NCBI GenBank assembly: GCA_964016885.1
Contig: OZ024746.1
Span: forward strand, 67,208,001-67,272,000
Length of the DNA stretch: 64,000 bases
Direction: 5' to 3'
DNA from: Eledone cirrhosa
Lineage: Eukaryota
Positions within the stretch are counted from its first letter, which is position 1. Every line of letters starts with the position of its first letter. A program made the position numbers and the translations under genes. This document shows, piece by piece, positions 44,263 to 58,875 of the stretch. The notes under the pieces are model-generated. The model saw only the letters and a list, made by a program, of their open reading frames with translations, had not been told where the DNA came from and did no database searches.

Positions 44263-44765
44263 ATTTAGGAACAGTTTAGGTATGATACATTTTATTACTA
44301 ATTATATCTAAATGTTTCTTCTCTCTTCATAATGTATTTTTAACTCTGATACTGGTTCAGTCTGGTTCAAACTGAATTGGTCTGTCCCAGTCATTCATTG
44401 AGCAACATCGGTGAAGTTGGCACCCTTAACTCACAGTTGGGTGCGGATGCATTCATGTATATATGTGTGTGTCCGCATGTATCTGTGTGTTTTTAAATAT
44501 ATTAATAACTCCCTCTGGTCGAGCAATCTTTGAAGTGTGGGGACAACTGGAAAGCTTCCATTACTCATACTTCTCGCCTTCTTCACTACCTCTTCTACGG
44601 CCTCGATATGAATACCCCCTCCGCCTCCGTGGTATTTTCTTCGTGGTTATAAGAGGCTTAGCTCTGTTTCTCGACCGTTATATCGCGTGACTATCTCCCC
44701 CTCCGCCTTTTGGGATTCTTTCTCACGTCGTGTAGACGCGTTCTTGAGACTAGTAAAATGAGGTA

Positions 44766-44853
44766 TCCTCTTGATAAGTTGGCAGACCTCGCAAGGACTC
44801 TATATCTTTGATATATTGTTTTTGTTTATGCCACGAAACTACGTAGTCGAGGA
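44766..44853 (+). ncRNA. Second identical U3-A8 hammerhead ribozyme
   Basis: Same sequence as 44175-44262; predicted cleavage after 44848. Confidence 0.8.
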
Positions 44854-44922
44854 ATTTAGGAACAGTTTAGGTATGATACATTTTATTACTAATTATATCT
44901 AAATGTTTCTTCTCTCTTCATA

Positions 44923-44968
<46 letters not shown>

Positions 44969-44974
44969 TAAGGC

Positions 44975-45025
<51 letters not shown>

Positions 45026-45851
45026 AGACACTGCGTATCCTAGCCTTGATACATGAATGCACCAGCGTGTGTATGTAAGTGCTTATTTGTATGTGCATAG
45101 TATTTTGTTTTCTAAATATACTTACTAAAGGGAAAATAAAATAATTTTGCGGAGAAACTTTTTGCCGGAAATTGCTTGATGGTAAACATAGCGCCAGTTC
45201 CCGGTATATTGCAATAATCATTTGTTAAATAACACCTGCGAATCTTTCTAAATTTCAATAAAATATGAATCCAGCCACAATAATGTGAGACACTTTGTTT
45301 ATAGACATAGCATGACTGTGTACCTGTCTTCCGGTGGAATGTCTTACACTTTGTTCCCTATATATATAGACAGTTGATTTAACGCCATTAGGGAAGACCA
45401 AACGCTTTAGAAATAGGAACTAACTGTTAGACTGTACGACCTTCGCTAGATATAGACGACTGAGTGTGTTTATATATGCAAAAGAAATGATGTTATATAC
45501 AGTATAGAGGAAGTATAATTAAACTTGAACGATTTTTATGAAAGCATCTCAATTATCTTCTTCTTATTAATCTTCTTCTTCTTAAGTGAATCGTGGGGCC
45601 TGTCAGAGCAACCATCTCCAACTGGTCCGTCTGGATCGTTATTCAGAGAAAACCTATTTCTGCCGATCTATGGTCAAGTTCCATGACCATAGATAAGGGC
45701 TGGAAATTATTTTACAAATTTATAGACGAACTCATGGCTTAGCTATAGTAATACTGAAAGTTTCTAGTATATACAATAGAAAGAAAACATTTGTTGATCA
45801 TTTGCAGTCTGTAATTTGATGTTTATAAATATATATATATATATATATATA

Positions 45852-45914
<63 letters not shown>

Positions 45915-46363
45915 GGGGGGATATGGAGATGGAGGAGGGAGGGAGATGTACATATAGATATAGACATGTGAGTATATTTATATTCGTGTCTGAGATGTTA
46001 ATACATTTCTTTAAGTCAAGTAGCATTTCAATTGCACAAATAGAAATTGATAACAAAACCATAAGTACTGAGGGTGATTGATTAAACGCCCGAATGTGGT
46101 TTTCTAGCATAGCCACAATCCCATTATTATTATTACACCAGAGCCTTCCTTCTAAAATGATGTCCTAACAAGAACTAGGGGTCTCTTATTTCCGGCGAGC
46201 AGCTAACCGTGTATGCGGGTACCAAAACGAGTATTTAGATATCCCAACACATACATACATACATACATACATACATACATACATACATACATACATACAT
46301 ACATACATACATACATACATACATACATGCATACATACATACATACATACATACATACATACA

Positions 46364-46822
46364 TGGAACCTGAAAATAATAGCTGCCACCAAATTAAAGC
46401 ACAACCGGCCTGATATTGTTGTTTGGGACCACACATTGAAAACGGGCTCTGTTGTAGAGATCAGCTGCCCACTCGATGTCAACGTTGTAAGAAAAATAGA
46501 AGAGAAGGAGGACATCTATGGACATATATGGGGATTTTGCATATCCAGTATCCAAGATACACCTTCAGCTTCATACCCATCATTATTGGAGCTACAAGTT
46601 ATATACCAACCCGATTGGACCAAAGTATGACTGAACTTGGATTTGTGGACAAAGAGCGTAGCTCCCTAATTCATAGACTACAAAGGGCTGCGCTAGCTGG
46701 CACCTTCAAATTTTGCAAAACATTCTTGCGATTCAAAGGATGACAATTTCTTTTCTTTTTCAACCTTGTCACCAGGAAGGTGGCCGGTCAAAAATGTACC
46801 CGAAATTAAGAGAAAGAGAAAC
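46364..46822 (+). mobile_element. R4/Dong-like non-LTR retrotransposon 3' end (restriction-like endonuclease) within (CATA)n
   Basis: WNLKIIAATKLKHNRPDIVVWD...VVEISCPLDVN...EEKEDIYG, frameshift, then FIPIIIGA...LQRAALAGTFKFCKTFL*; ~115 bp of (CATA)n 5' and ACATACAT 3'. Confidence 0.8.
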
Positions 46823-49800
46823 ATACATGCATAGAGTCAAGGTCGGGAAAATAATTCCATTTTAAAGATCAACATTTACAAACATGGAAACATGGAATTG
46901 ATTCTAGTAATAATGTGGAACAGAACGAGTGCTACCTTGCATGAAGATGATCTACGTGGCAGAACATGTGATCAAAAACTATGCATCTCTATCTGATGTG
47001 TTTGTCCTTATATTGCATAAAGTATTTTTAAACCTTGGTTCTATATATCTTATTTGTGTATCCACACGCGTTATTTTTTTTCCCCCTTTTTTTTTTTTTT
47101 TTTGAACACATGTGTAACATGTTTTAGCATGAATGAATGGTCATTCGTGACAATAATTTTGTTTTATTAATATGATTTTTGATATTGTTTATTTTCTTTT
47201 TCTTTCTTTTTTTTTTCATCAATGCAACCGTTGCAACTTTTAATTTCATCTTATAAACTTTATATTCTTTATTCTTACTAGAAATCAATTCTATCGCAAA
47301 TAGATTATCCTTCAAAACGTCAATAGTTTGTATCCTTGTAGCATTAACAGTGTTGCGCTCTATGCATAGATAATGATGGACCGGTGTTCAACAAACTATA
47401 AATATGTTCTTGTTCTCGCTGCTGCTGATGCTGCTTAACTGTAGGTCATGTTTGATCTAAGGCTTACAAACCTTGATAAACCCATTCTTTTTTTATAAGA
47501 TAGAGTGTATCTAACACATCATTATGCAATGTGTCCTTTCCTTTTTCTAAAATACATTTTTTTACAGATACCATAGTGTGCTTTATGGAAACTTTGTCCG
47601 CTACCATTTACAGGTCGAGTGATTCTATATGGATGTACAATCAACTCTTCTCGGCAGTGAATGATCTGTAGAATTAATCAGTGTTTCGTTAACTTAATTG
47701 CTGACATCAAATATAGTACTCCTGTTAAGCAAAGCCCTAAACGGATCATTTAATTCTACCATGGTTGGTAGTTTTGTTCTCTCTCACTCGTTTTAATTTT
47801 CAGTTATTTCTTTCACTTTGAATTTTCGCCATGTACTCCAGCATTCCTTCGTTCTTCCATGTTCTGTGTCTATCTTCGTTATTTTTTTCTTTTATCTGTT
47901 CGTTTTTCTCAAGATTTATTCCCATCATTAACCTTCATATATTATTACTAATATAGTTTTTTTCTCATTTTTATTCCTTTCCAGCTTTTCATATTTTATT
48001 TTCGATTTCTCGTACCTTACTCATCATACTAACTTCATACTTATTTCTTGTATTTTCCATTTTTTGCAATCATTTTTTTTTTATGTAAAGTTATTTCCAT
48101 ATGAAAATTTCTAATGATTATTTCCCATCTAGCTTATATTTTATTTTACATCAACTTATATCTTTATTCCAAAGATTGATTTCTTTTTTATCATTGCAAT
48201 CTTATCTATTTCCGAAACCAAGTTCTACTTTGTCAATCGTAAAATGATATATCACGGATAGTATTATCAACTGTTTACTGTTATCAAATATAGTAGCTCC
48301 CAACATCTTAATGTTCTTAATGACATCAGCCAGGTATTGATATCGAGATTTACTCTCAAGTTTATCATGATAAAGAGTTACTACTGTATTTCCTGTCGAA
48401 AAACAAAACCAGTTTCAATACGTAATATTTTCAAAAGCAGTTCTTTATGAATCAGAGAATTAATGGAATCATCTGAGCGTTCTGATGACTGGTTTCATAT
48501 TTTCAGATCTTCTTTTCCAATGATCGGGAGCCAATTAAATAAATAAGAACAATATATTGAAGGAGGTTCCGCCTATCTTGTCTATCATTGAATATGGAAT
48601 CATAGACTTAGCTAAACATGATATTTCATTAAAGAGGGTAAAAACAATTTCTTTAGAGTGTCTATTAATGTTTAACGTAGGTCAACTCTAGATGAGTAGG
48701 TCTCAGATGAAAGGCATCCCAATGATTACAACATCATGACAACATCTTCAGATTACAGAATGTGTTGTAAGTCAGATTCGGCAGCTATTTATCTCTGGCG
48801 TAATATGTAGAGACGCCATGCTTGGCCAGTTATTCCCGCCATAGCTACACTTCAATCCAACATTTATGACTGAAGACGATATAATCTTGATCTTCTCCTG
48901 TTATATTATGTCATTAAGTTCTGTTAAAGGATGCATTTCTGATGGTGTAGATTCTATCTTTATTAGGCGGATCTTGGTATTATTATTATTTTTTTTTTTT
49001 TTTGGTGATGCTGCTGTAATTTTAACTAAATAGAAGTAATGGTGGGCAATATTTTTGTATGTGAAGGGCGATTGTGCATATCTTATTATTTATTAAGTCA
49101 TTGATTGACTTATCGTATTGCACTTTGATAAAACAGCTGTATATATTTGTTCTAGATAAATCTACCTCCGTCGTTTTCGACTTTACGTGTTCTTGTTGTT
49201 CGCAAAATGCGATAGCTTTACACATTAAATTTAACGCGAAAGTGGCTAAGTAATTTACAGATACGGCTAACCTATACATTATTCTCAATGAGAATCAGCT
49301 GACAGAGTGTATTACAGGGGCTTTCAAATAGATTTCACTTACTTCATTTCACTTACCTACGAAGCTATGGTAAATAACATTTGCACAAAATTCCACGCAG
49401 AGCGAGTACGTGGGAATATTAATGATAGTGAAACCAAATATGGAACCACATCCCCATATGTGTTCTATCAGAAATACAATACATTCTGATGTAAATAGGT
49501 TCTGACACATAATTTGATCTATGATATTCTCTATATCTATGTATTTTAGTGTAATAATTTATATGTAGATAAAATGTATATTAAATAGCTCATATATAAA
49601 TACTAAATATTTCTAGAATATATTTTTAAGTATTTTTTCATTAGATCACACTGTGTATCGCTAAGTTATGGACAATCCCTACAAGTGATAATGGCTTGGG
49701 AAATAATATAAAATTTATCGATGAAATATTGAGAAATTATCGAGAAAACGTTTACTACATGGCTACCCAATTATAGATAAGGCTGAAAGCTTTTGTTCTA

Positions 49801-50692
49801 AGTGTAATAGAGTTTACAATGACGGTAAAATGTAAGCGAAAGTTTAATTAATTCAGCCAATAGTTAATAATCCACTACTTCCTGATAAAACAACTTCTTC
49901 GACAAGACAATTATCATATATTATAGATATTCAATGATTACACGTAGAGGTTACAACACCTCAGCATGAAATCATTGGCTTTCTATAAAATAAACGAAAC
50001 CATTAAACCTGACATGATGGTACAAACTTCAGTTAAGTAAATTACTCAACACGTCTTCATGGTAAAGGCTAAACATAAAGATTATTGATATTAGTACCAC
50101 TTCATGCTGAAGTAAGAGATATTACACAAATAATGCAACGTTTGATATATGTTGTTCGTGAACAGAGTTAATATTCGATTCGCTCAGTCGTTTCTGTTCA
50201 CTTTATTCTGTCTTTAGGGATATTTTACCTTACTCAACTATTATTTAAAGGTATCAACTATTAATTATAGTTGTTTGTATTGTGGCTAAACATTTTCAAT
50301 TTTCAAATTTCAAATTTCCCCAGTTTAAATCTCATTAAGATACTTATACTTCTGGCTTTACGCTCAAAACTTCTAAAATGACAGAGACTAATGATTCAAT
50401 GAAAACCTCTGGCTTAGAAGAGGTTCAGTGTTTAATTCTTGCGTTTATCTTCGTTCACATTTCTGTGTAATCAGTGGTATTTTGCCGGACTTATTGACAT
50501 ATTTATAATTATCAACTATTAGTCATAGCTGTCTGCACGATGGCTACCGTATTTTCAAATTTCTCCAAGGCTTCGTACAACAACAAACGTATATATAAAT
50601 ACATATCTATACAGGATGTCCCAGAAGACTGTATACATACTTTTATTAGAATACTGTTGGTTGAAGTGTGTATACATTGTTTGGAGACACCC

Positions 50693-50877
50693 TGTGGATT
50701 GGCAGAATTGGTAGTGAGTCGGACATGCTTTCCAGCATAGCTACGTCCCTTTACGATCTGAGTTCAAATCCCGCCGAAGTTAACTTAGCCTTTCATCCTT
50801 ACGGGGTCGATAAAATAAAGTACATTAATGTACTGGGTGATTGCTGGCCTTGTGCGAAAAGTAGAAACAATTATTAT
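50693..50877 (+). mobile_element. tRNA-derived SINE
   Basis: Same family as 17026-17218. Confidence 0.8.
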
Positions 50878-50891
50878 AAAGGTTAAAAATT

Positions 50892-51042
50892 GAGACTTGT
50901 TACTCTTTATCATAGGGCCATGAACCTGTACTAATCAGGCGAAGCGTCTGAGTAACAAGACTCATTTTTTAGCCTTGATAATAATGAATATTCAAATTCC
51001 ACTTCGGTATTGAGTACTTCTTTCTCCACCCGTCAACCACAT

Positions 51043-51050
<8 letters not shown>
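50892..51050 (+). mobile_element. Short family J fold-back end
   Basis: gagacttgttactc ... gagtaacaagactc inverted pair, decayed HHR between them, family J tail into (TA)n. Confidence 0.55.
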
Positions 51051-51098
<48 letters not shown>

Positions 51099-52327
51099 AT
51101 GGATTTACATAATCTCACTATCACTCGATTCTTTGGGTACCTAACGCAGTACAACACCATGCCACACATTATCTTCCTCAATAATAAGTGAGATAAACTC
51201 CAGAGTCAGAGCACACTCTTATATACTTTGTAGTGGGTGGCGATAATCGAAGAAAGCCATTGGGATTTTCAACAAAATCAATAAAAGTATTGTCAACCAA
51301 TTAATCAAATTAAAAAGTGTTAGTTGCATTTAAGTAAATACATGAATATTTCAATATCGATTTTAGTTGATTGCCAGTTCTGCATTCTATCATTCAATCG
51401 ACAACGAATTATGGAGTAATCCAACTTAGCACCCCACGTTTGTTATACATATCTAAGAAAGAACAGGGATCACGCAAACCGGAACTCATCGAAGTACTGA
51501 AATGTTAATAGATATGAAGACACCGTTCTATTTTCCCATGCACATATCAGAAGCACCAGACAGTAGGTACGTATGAATCATATAAATCGAACATTTCATT
51601 ATTAGACGGTGTTGCACTAATGTGGCGATATGAAGACCGTAAGACCGTAGAACAAAGGTTGTTGATTTTCCAAACTTCGGTCAACATTTAGTAGTAGTGT
51701 GTCTCAATTTCTTCCAGCTTGCTAGTAGTGGATGTCGTCAGAATCTGGTCGTTCGCTAAATGTTCAACACGGTCCAGTTTTCATCCTCTTTCTTTTTCTC
51801 TTTCTCTCTCTCAAACAGAAACATATACACGCATATTGTTCACTACACGCATATTGTTCACTAGCTGTTCAGAGATCAGCTTCTGCAATCTTGAGCTCTC
51901 TATCTTACTTAGGGCAATAACACAAACTACATCTAGCTACCTAGCTAACTGTCCATTTATTTGTCCGGCTACCTATCTGGCTGCATGTCTAGCTATCACT
52001 GCCTGTCAGTTGTATCTATTTTTGGAAAATATCAAAAATAACAATCCTCAGACAAATAAATGTACTGATATATAGATAGAGTGCATGAGAGAGCATGAAA
52101 ATGAGAGTGCAGATGAGAGAGGGGGGAGGGTAAGAGAGAGAAAGAGGAAGAAAGAGGAAGGTAGTGACACAACAAATTAACATACCATACTTGCTAATTT
52201 GGTATTGAACTAACATAGTCCAAAGGACAAACTGAATATGTCCTTTGGACTATGTGCTCTACCAACTTTGGATATAATCTCCCGATTTTTTACCACTATA
52301 TATATGTATATATATATATATATGTAC

Positions 52328-52364
<37 letters not shown>

Positions 52365-53294
52365 TATATAAACACACAAAAAGACACATACATATATGTT
52401 ACCATTTAAATGTATTTAATCTTTGGCGTGTTTCTCAAATGATATATAATATTGCGTGAATGTGTTACCGGACGTGCTATCCATCATATATTACAGATAC
52501 ATTTCTTTCATTATAATATGATAATATGAATATGAAGGAACATATGAAGAGTTTGAAAATTACCAGACCGACATCTATGGATTCTATTTCCATGGTCAGT
52601 AGAATTCGTGGGTCGGCTGAAAAGTCCATACGTTGACTATGAAGGATTGATGCTAGAGATGTGAAATATTTCATGCATTAATTCAACTCTGCTTATTTAT
52701 AATTGCATTGTTTCTTTGCTGGAAATATGTTGAAAAATAAACCGCATTTGGTTTGAGAGTATCTTGGTGTGTTTATGAACACTTCAGCCAATCCTCGTAA
52801 ACACCATTTCAATAGTGTGACGTTTTCCTCCTCCCCTCACCCATAATATGTGTGGCCTTGTGGCTTATGTAAGTGATCAATATTTATAACTATACTATCT
52901 TGTAGGTAACTAAATTATATTTAGTTTATTACACCCCCCAACCACGCCGTACGAAATATCAATCTGGTTATATTTATTTTACACGGAGGTTCGTTTACCT
53001 CAATCAACTTTTTAATACTATATAAACTCAATTATAAATGAAGATAACATGATAAAAGAAAAAAAATGAATCTTAAAGAAAACATATATGTACAAAAACA
53101 AATAGCATCAATATCTGAGATGTAAGTACCTCTTTCATTCAATTGAAATCGTATTACAATAATTTACTGGCGCCATATTGTGTTATCAGCAAATTGGCTT
53201 AATCTTTATTAAATTATGTGAAGGTGCATGGTTTAGTGGTTAGCGCGTCGGGCTTACAATCATGAAAGCGATAGATACATACATACATTCATAC

Positions 53295-55825
53295 ATGGTG
53301 GCTGCCAACTCGTTTTCGAGTACGGCAACTACTTTATATCCAAGTAGGAGAACCCCTACCGATGCGCTGAACGAGTGTGACTTTTTAGTCCAGCCAGCGA
53401 CTTGAAAACTCTGGTACAAACATAACACCTGTGACAATTATTGACACATAGTGCTCGGCCCATGGTACCATGTGACGGCAAGTGCAGAGAGATCTCCAGA
53501 TATAAAGCAATGCCTGTGCCGTGAAGCTTTTATAGTGAGCAAAGGCACTGCACAAAGCCAGTCCCACTCTCTTAACCCAGATGATATTTACCAAAAAGAA
53601 GAACAAGTCAACATCATTGGATACCATCAGGGTTGCAGGTGTTATATCAGAGTTTTCCTTCTCCTAGAATTCTGCCTTGACAAAGGCTAAGGGGTCATCT
53701 CTCCCGGGGTCATCTCTCTAAGGGGTCATCATTCATACATACATACATACATACATACATACATACAATACATACATGCATTCATACATACATACATACA
53801 TACATACATACATACATACATACATACATGCATGCATACATACATACATACATACATACATACATACATGGTGGCTACCAACTCGTTTTCGAGTACGGCC
53901 GCTACTTTATATCCATGTAGGAGAACCCCTACCGATGCGCTGAACAAGTGTGACTTTTTAGTCCAGCCAGCGACTTGAAAACTCTGGTACAAACACTACA
54001 CTTGTGACAATTATTGACATATACATACATGCATACATACATACATAATGGCTGCCTCGTTATTGAGTATAGCCATTGCACGATATACCATTATTAATAA
54101 TTATTAATTAATTCTATTGTGCAATGCTTGTGCGTGAAGATATTTTTTTTAATTGAGGAAAGACTGTGCACTGAGCAAATTCCACTCTCTGAGCGACAGT
54201 AGCTATAACTCGAAAAGAAGAAAAGGTCAACATCATCGGTAACTACTGAGCAGCAGGTTTTATATCAGAGTTATCCCAGTTTCCTGAGTTGCCTTCTCCA
54301 AGAAGAATGCCCTGACAAGGGCTATGGGTCCTTCACTCTAGTGGTTTAACCGCGGGTTACATGTGTATATAAATATTTACACACTTTCGGATGGCCGTTG
54401 ACTCTTAAGAGTTCTTCCGCCCTTTGTCAGGTTTTGTTTTTTGTCCTGCAGGGTGTCCAAAATCACCCTCCTCACCAAGTAAACTTTGTGTGGTTGCCGG
54501 GTTAGTCGCCGACGACACGACCATGCGACAGCTTGTACTGGGTTACATGTTACCAGTAACACTCAAGAGTGACCCGATACATACATACATGGTGGCTGCC
54601 AACTCGTTTTCGAGTACGGCCACTACTTTATATCCATGTAGGAGAACCCCTACCAATGCGCTAAACGAACGTAACTTTTTAGTCCAGCCAGCGACTTGAA
54701 AACTCTGGTACAAACACTACACTTGTGACAATTATTGACACATAGTGCTGGGCCCATGGTACCATGTGACGACAAGTGCAGAGAGATCTCCAGATATAAA
54801 GCAATGCCTGTGCTGTGAAGCTTTTATAGTGAGCAAAGGCACTGCACAAAGCCAGTCCCACTCTCTTAACCAAGATGATATTTACCAAAAAGAAGAACAA
54901 TTCAACATCATTGGATACCATCAGGGTTGCAGGTGTTATATCAGAGTTTTCCTTCTCCTAAAATTCTGCCTTGACAAAGGCTAAGGGGTCATCTCTCCCG
55001 GTGATTTTGGATGGCTAATGACACTTAAGAGCCCCTTTGCCTTTTGACAGGTTTTGTTTTTAGTCCTGCAGGATGTCCAAAGCCACCCTCCTCACCAAGA
55101 AACCTTGGTGGGGTTGCCAGTTTAGTCGCCAACGACCCGACCATGAGACAGGTTGTACTGGGATACATGTTACCAGTAGCACCAACTGGTGACCTGACAC
55201 ATACATACATACATACATACATACATACATACATACATACATACATACATACATACATACATACATACATGCATACATACATACATACATACATACATAC
55301 ATACATGATGGCTGCAAATTCTGATAAGAGAATTGCTTGTCAGAATATAGAGTTCGGTGCACTTTTAGGCTACGTCCAATCACAGGAACAGGTAACAAAT
55401 CCTGAACAAGTAATGCCTTTGCTTTGAAGGATTTTTAAGTAGGGAAAGGTCTTGCACTCGACCAATCCCACTCTCTGAGCACCGAAAACGCTATCCGAAA
55501 AGGAGAACTGTTCAACATCATCGGATGCTTCCGAAGCCGCAGGTTTATTTTTCAGAGTTTCTCTCTCCTAGAAAGGTGTTCTGACAACAACTCGGGGTCT
55601 TTCACTCCCAGGTGAAAAAAAAAAGTACTATTTGGATGGTCGTTTCTCTGCTCAGTTCGTCCGCCCTTTGCCGTGTCGTGAATTCTATCCCGCAGGGTGT
55701 CCAAATATCATCCTCCTCACCAAGAAAGCTTGGTGGGGTTGCTGGTTTAGTCACCGATGACCCGACCATGAGACAGGTTGTACTGTGTTACATGTTACCA
55801 GTAGCACTCGAGATCGACCGGACAT
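53295..55825 (-). mobile_element. Head-to-tail stack of five RTE-derived non-autonomous elements separated by (CATA)n
   Basis: Copies at ~53295-53728, 53868-54020, 54047-54578, 54589-55200, 55307-55825; shared ends atggtggctgccaactcgttttcgag and catgttaccagt; C2H2 peptide CSVCTRVFKSLAGLKSH on the minus strand. Confidence 0.8.
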
Positions 55826-56474
55826 GCATACATACATACATACCTACATACATACATATATTGCTTCAATATATCCGTGAAAATAAAATACCAGTATATA
55901 AAAAGATCCACTTGCATATTGTAATATGTCCAACTGTATATGAGGGTATATTTTTTTATATGCCTTATATTTATATATGAGTGTATAGATGCGTATGCCT
56001 GTGTATGTACTTTTGCATCATCTTGAGCATGTACATATATTTGCTGAATGACCTTGTTTGTATCTCCTACCTCCGCCATATGACCAGATCACTGTCGATG
56101 TTTTTCATGAACTGAAACATCTCAGCTGACATATTAATGTAATGTTACTTCTCTCTGTGAGATGAAAACGTCATATCAAAGCAGCATTTGGAGGTGGAGG
56201 TCTAAATCCAACTATGATGGATGGCTTTAGGTTGTCATTCCCTTGATAGTAAAACAGAGTGACGTATGGGATGTTTTAGAAGATATGTATCAAAGCCGTC
56301 GACAATTACTTGTTTTTCGCAAGCTATCTGTTTATAAAACTATTGATTATTTCTTCGTACATATTATCCATGAGGTTATCGATGCTTTTTGGTACCTATA
56401 TAAATATTTCATCCCCAATACCCACCTGAGATTGCACACAGACACATATATATTATATTTCTCGTATATATATA

Positions 56475-56535
<61 letters not shown>

Positions 56536-57003
56536 AGCGGGGGTGAATGTTGGGGAGATAGTGTGTTCGTTAGATTTTACATCGTGGTTATTCAGTATTT
56601 CAAGGTAATTCTGTGTGGAGAAATGCAGATTCACAAAGGTATGGAATCTTACATTTAATTATTAACATTATTAATTCTACTTAGGTTAGAGGATTGTCAG
56701 AGTCGTTAGAGAGACAGGCAATGCAGTATCTGTTTACGTTATGATTTCAAATCCTGTCAAAATTAACTTTCCTTTTCAACCTTCCTGTTTTAACCAGTGC
56801 ATTTCAACACGATATTCTCGGGCTATGAACCACTTTTCAAGTATGAAAGGAAACAAAATCAGAATGCGATGTCTGAAATACGTATGCCTGAAATCGTTAT
56901 AATAGACAATCTGCTTCGTGCGTTTCCATTAACATTTGAAAAAGGGCATTAGCCCTGAAATATAACGTTGAAATATACAGGGACATTTATTACAAATCAC
57001 ACA

Positions 57004-57052
<49 letters not shown>

Positions 57053-57137
57053 GTATGTATATATATATTAGACCTGAAATATCACGTTGAGATATACTCG
57101 GTCACTTATTACAGATCTCGCAATGTTTAGATTTAAC

Positions 57138-57191
<54 letters not shown>

Positions 57192-57195
<4 letters not shown>

Positions 57196-57480
57196 GTAAA
57201 CATGTGAGTATGTTTTTGAAACGGCGCGCGAGTTTGAAATTAGAAATTAGAAATTATAAGCTTTCACCGTATTTTAGACTAAAGAAACTTTTAGCCTGAT
57301 AGTGGGGTTTATAACCCTCGGAGAAATGGAAAAAGATGAGTGTTGCCGTACATGGGAGCAACACTCACCCCATGTACGGCAACACTCATTTTTTTCCATT
57401 TCTCCGAGGGTTATAAACCCCACTATCAGGCTAGAAGTTTCTTTAGTCTAAAATACGGTGAAAGCTTATAATTTCTAATA
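57192..57480 (-). mobile_element. Fold-back unit (family C) in (TA)n
   Basis: ~110-bp near-perfect arms 57247-57356 and 57368-57479; unpaired tail 57192-57246. Confidence 0.75.
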
Positions 57481-57517
57481 TATATATATATATATATAAA
57501 AAATATATATATATATA

Positions 57518-57555
<38 letters not shown>

Positions 57556-57558
57556 AAT

Positions 57559-57975
<417 letters not shown>

Positions 57976-58459
57976 TCTACCATTGAAAATCAGAACATAA
58001 CTTTCTATCAAGTAGGTACTGAATATTGATCTGATTGACAAAATCATAGAAAGTGGTTGTAGTCCAATGCGAGGAAACACCAAAGTAGTAAAGAATAAAT
58101 ATAATACATTATCTGCGGTCGTGTATTTATATATGTTTGTCCTTGTGTATGTGCTTGTGCGTATATGTCTGTGTGTGTGGCGCTCTGATTGTGTTCTTGT
58201 CATGTGTAATCTAAATAGGATTACACCACCGGATATATGTTTTCGCTCTATCGAACTTCTGGTCGACTTATGGCTGACATCAGTGAATGATGAGTCCACT
58301 CGACAATAATCCTCATGGAAAGAAACCTACCTGCAGCTATACAATCCTCTTTCTTGTGCACGTGCTAAAAATATCTCAGATTCTACAGACTTCGATCTCA
58401 AGGGTATATCCAATACGCACTTTTATGTTTTTGTACTAAAAGACAAAATCGCAACAATG

Positions 58460-58545
<86 letters not shown>

Positions 58546-58673
58546 AAAGTTCTACTTAAATTGTTGAGATACAACAAGCAAATATTTTTATTACTGATAT
58601 AAAGCACTCAACAAATAATTGGAGTAAAAATACGATATTGACAAATGGAAACTATACTTATAAAACGATATTT

Positions 58674-58736
58674 ATTTCATTATACATATTTCAAGGACAC
58701 CAAGTTAAATGATGGTGTGCTTTCATCAGATCAAAT
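58674..58736 (-). ncRNA. Minimal hammerhead ribozyme (family D, left arm)
   Basis: atttgat CTGATGA aagcacacca...tggtgtcctt GAAA t-atgt-a TA atgaaat (one stem I mismatch). Confidence 0.75.
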
Positions 58737-58875
58737 ATAATATAGAGCAGTTTTATAAATAAATATTGACATACCCTTAAAGAATGCAACCATTACTATC
58801 CGGGAGCTTCCAACAGTAATGGTTGCATTCTTTAAGGGTATGTCAATATTTATTTATAAAACTGCTCTATATTAT

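Larger units (their letters stand above)
44011..44928 (+). mobile_element. Non-coding retrozyme-like element: two identical 327-bp direct repeats, each with an HHR
   Basis: 44011-44337 = 44602-44928 (offset 591); flanked by the duplicated target (TA)nTTATTTAAGGCCAGTTT at 43994-44010 and 44964-44980. Confidence 0.75.

Noticed and set aside
47590-47640. Minus-strand RPV tripeptide as candidate nAChR exon 2
   Set aside because: Surrounding residues and splice signals do not fit.
49164-49290. Possible nAChR first exon (MYRLAVSVNYLATFALNLMCKAIA...)
   Set aside because: Weak hydrophobic core, non-consensus donor in the wrong phase, and no RPV-type exon found between it and 38802.
51170-51215. aaactccagagtcagag HHR-like 3' half
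   Set aside because: Both core boxes are mutated; too decayed to call.
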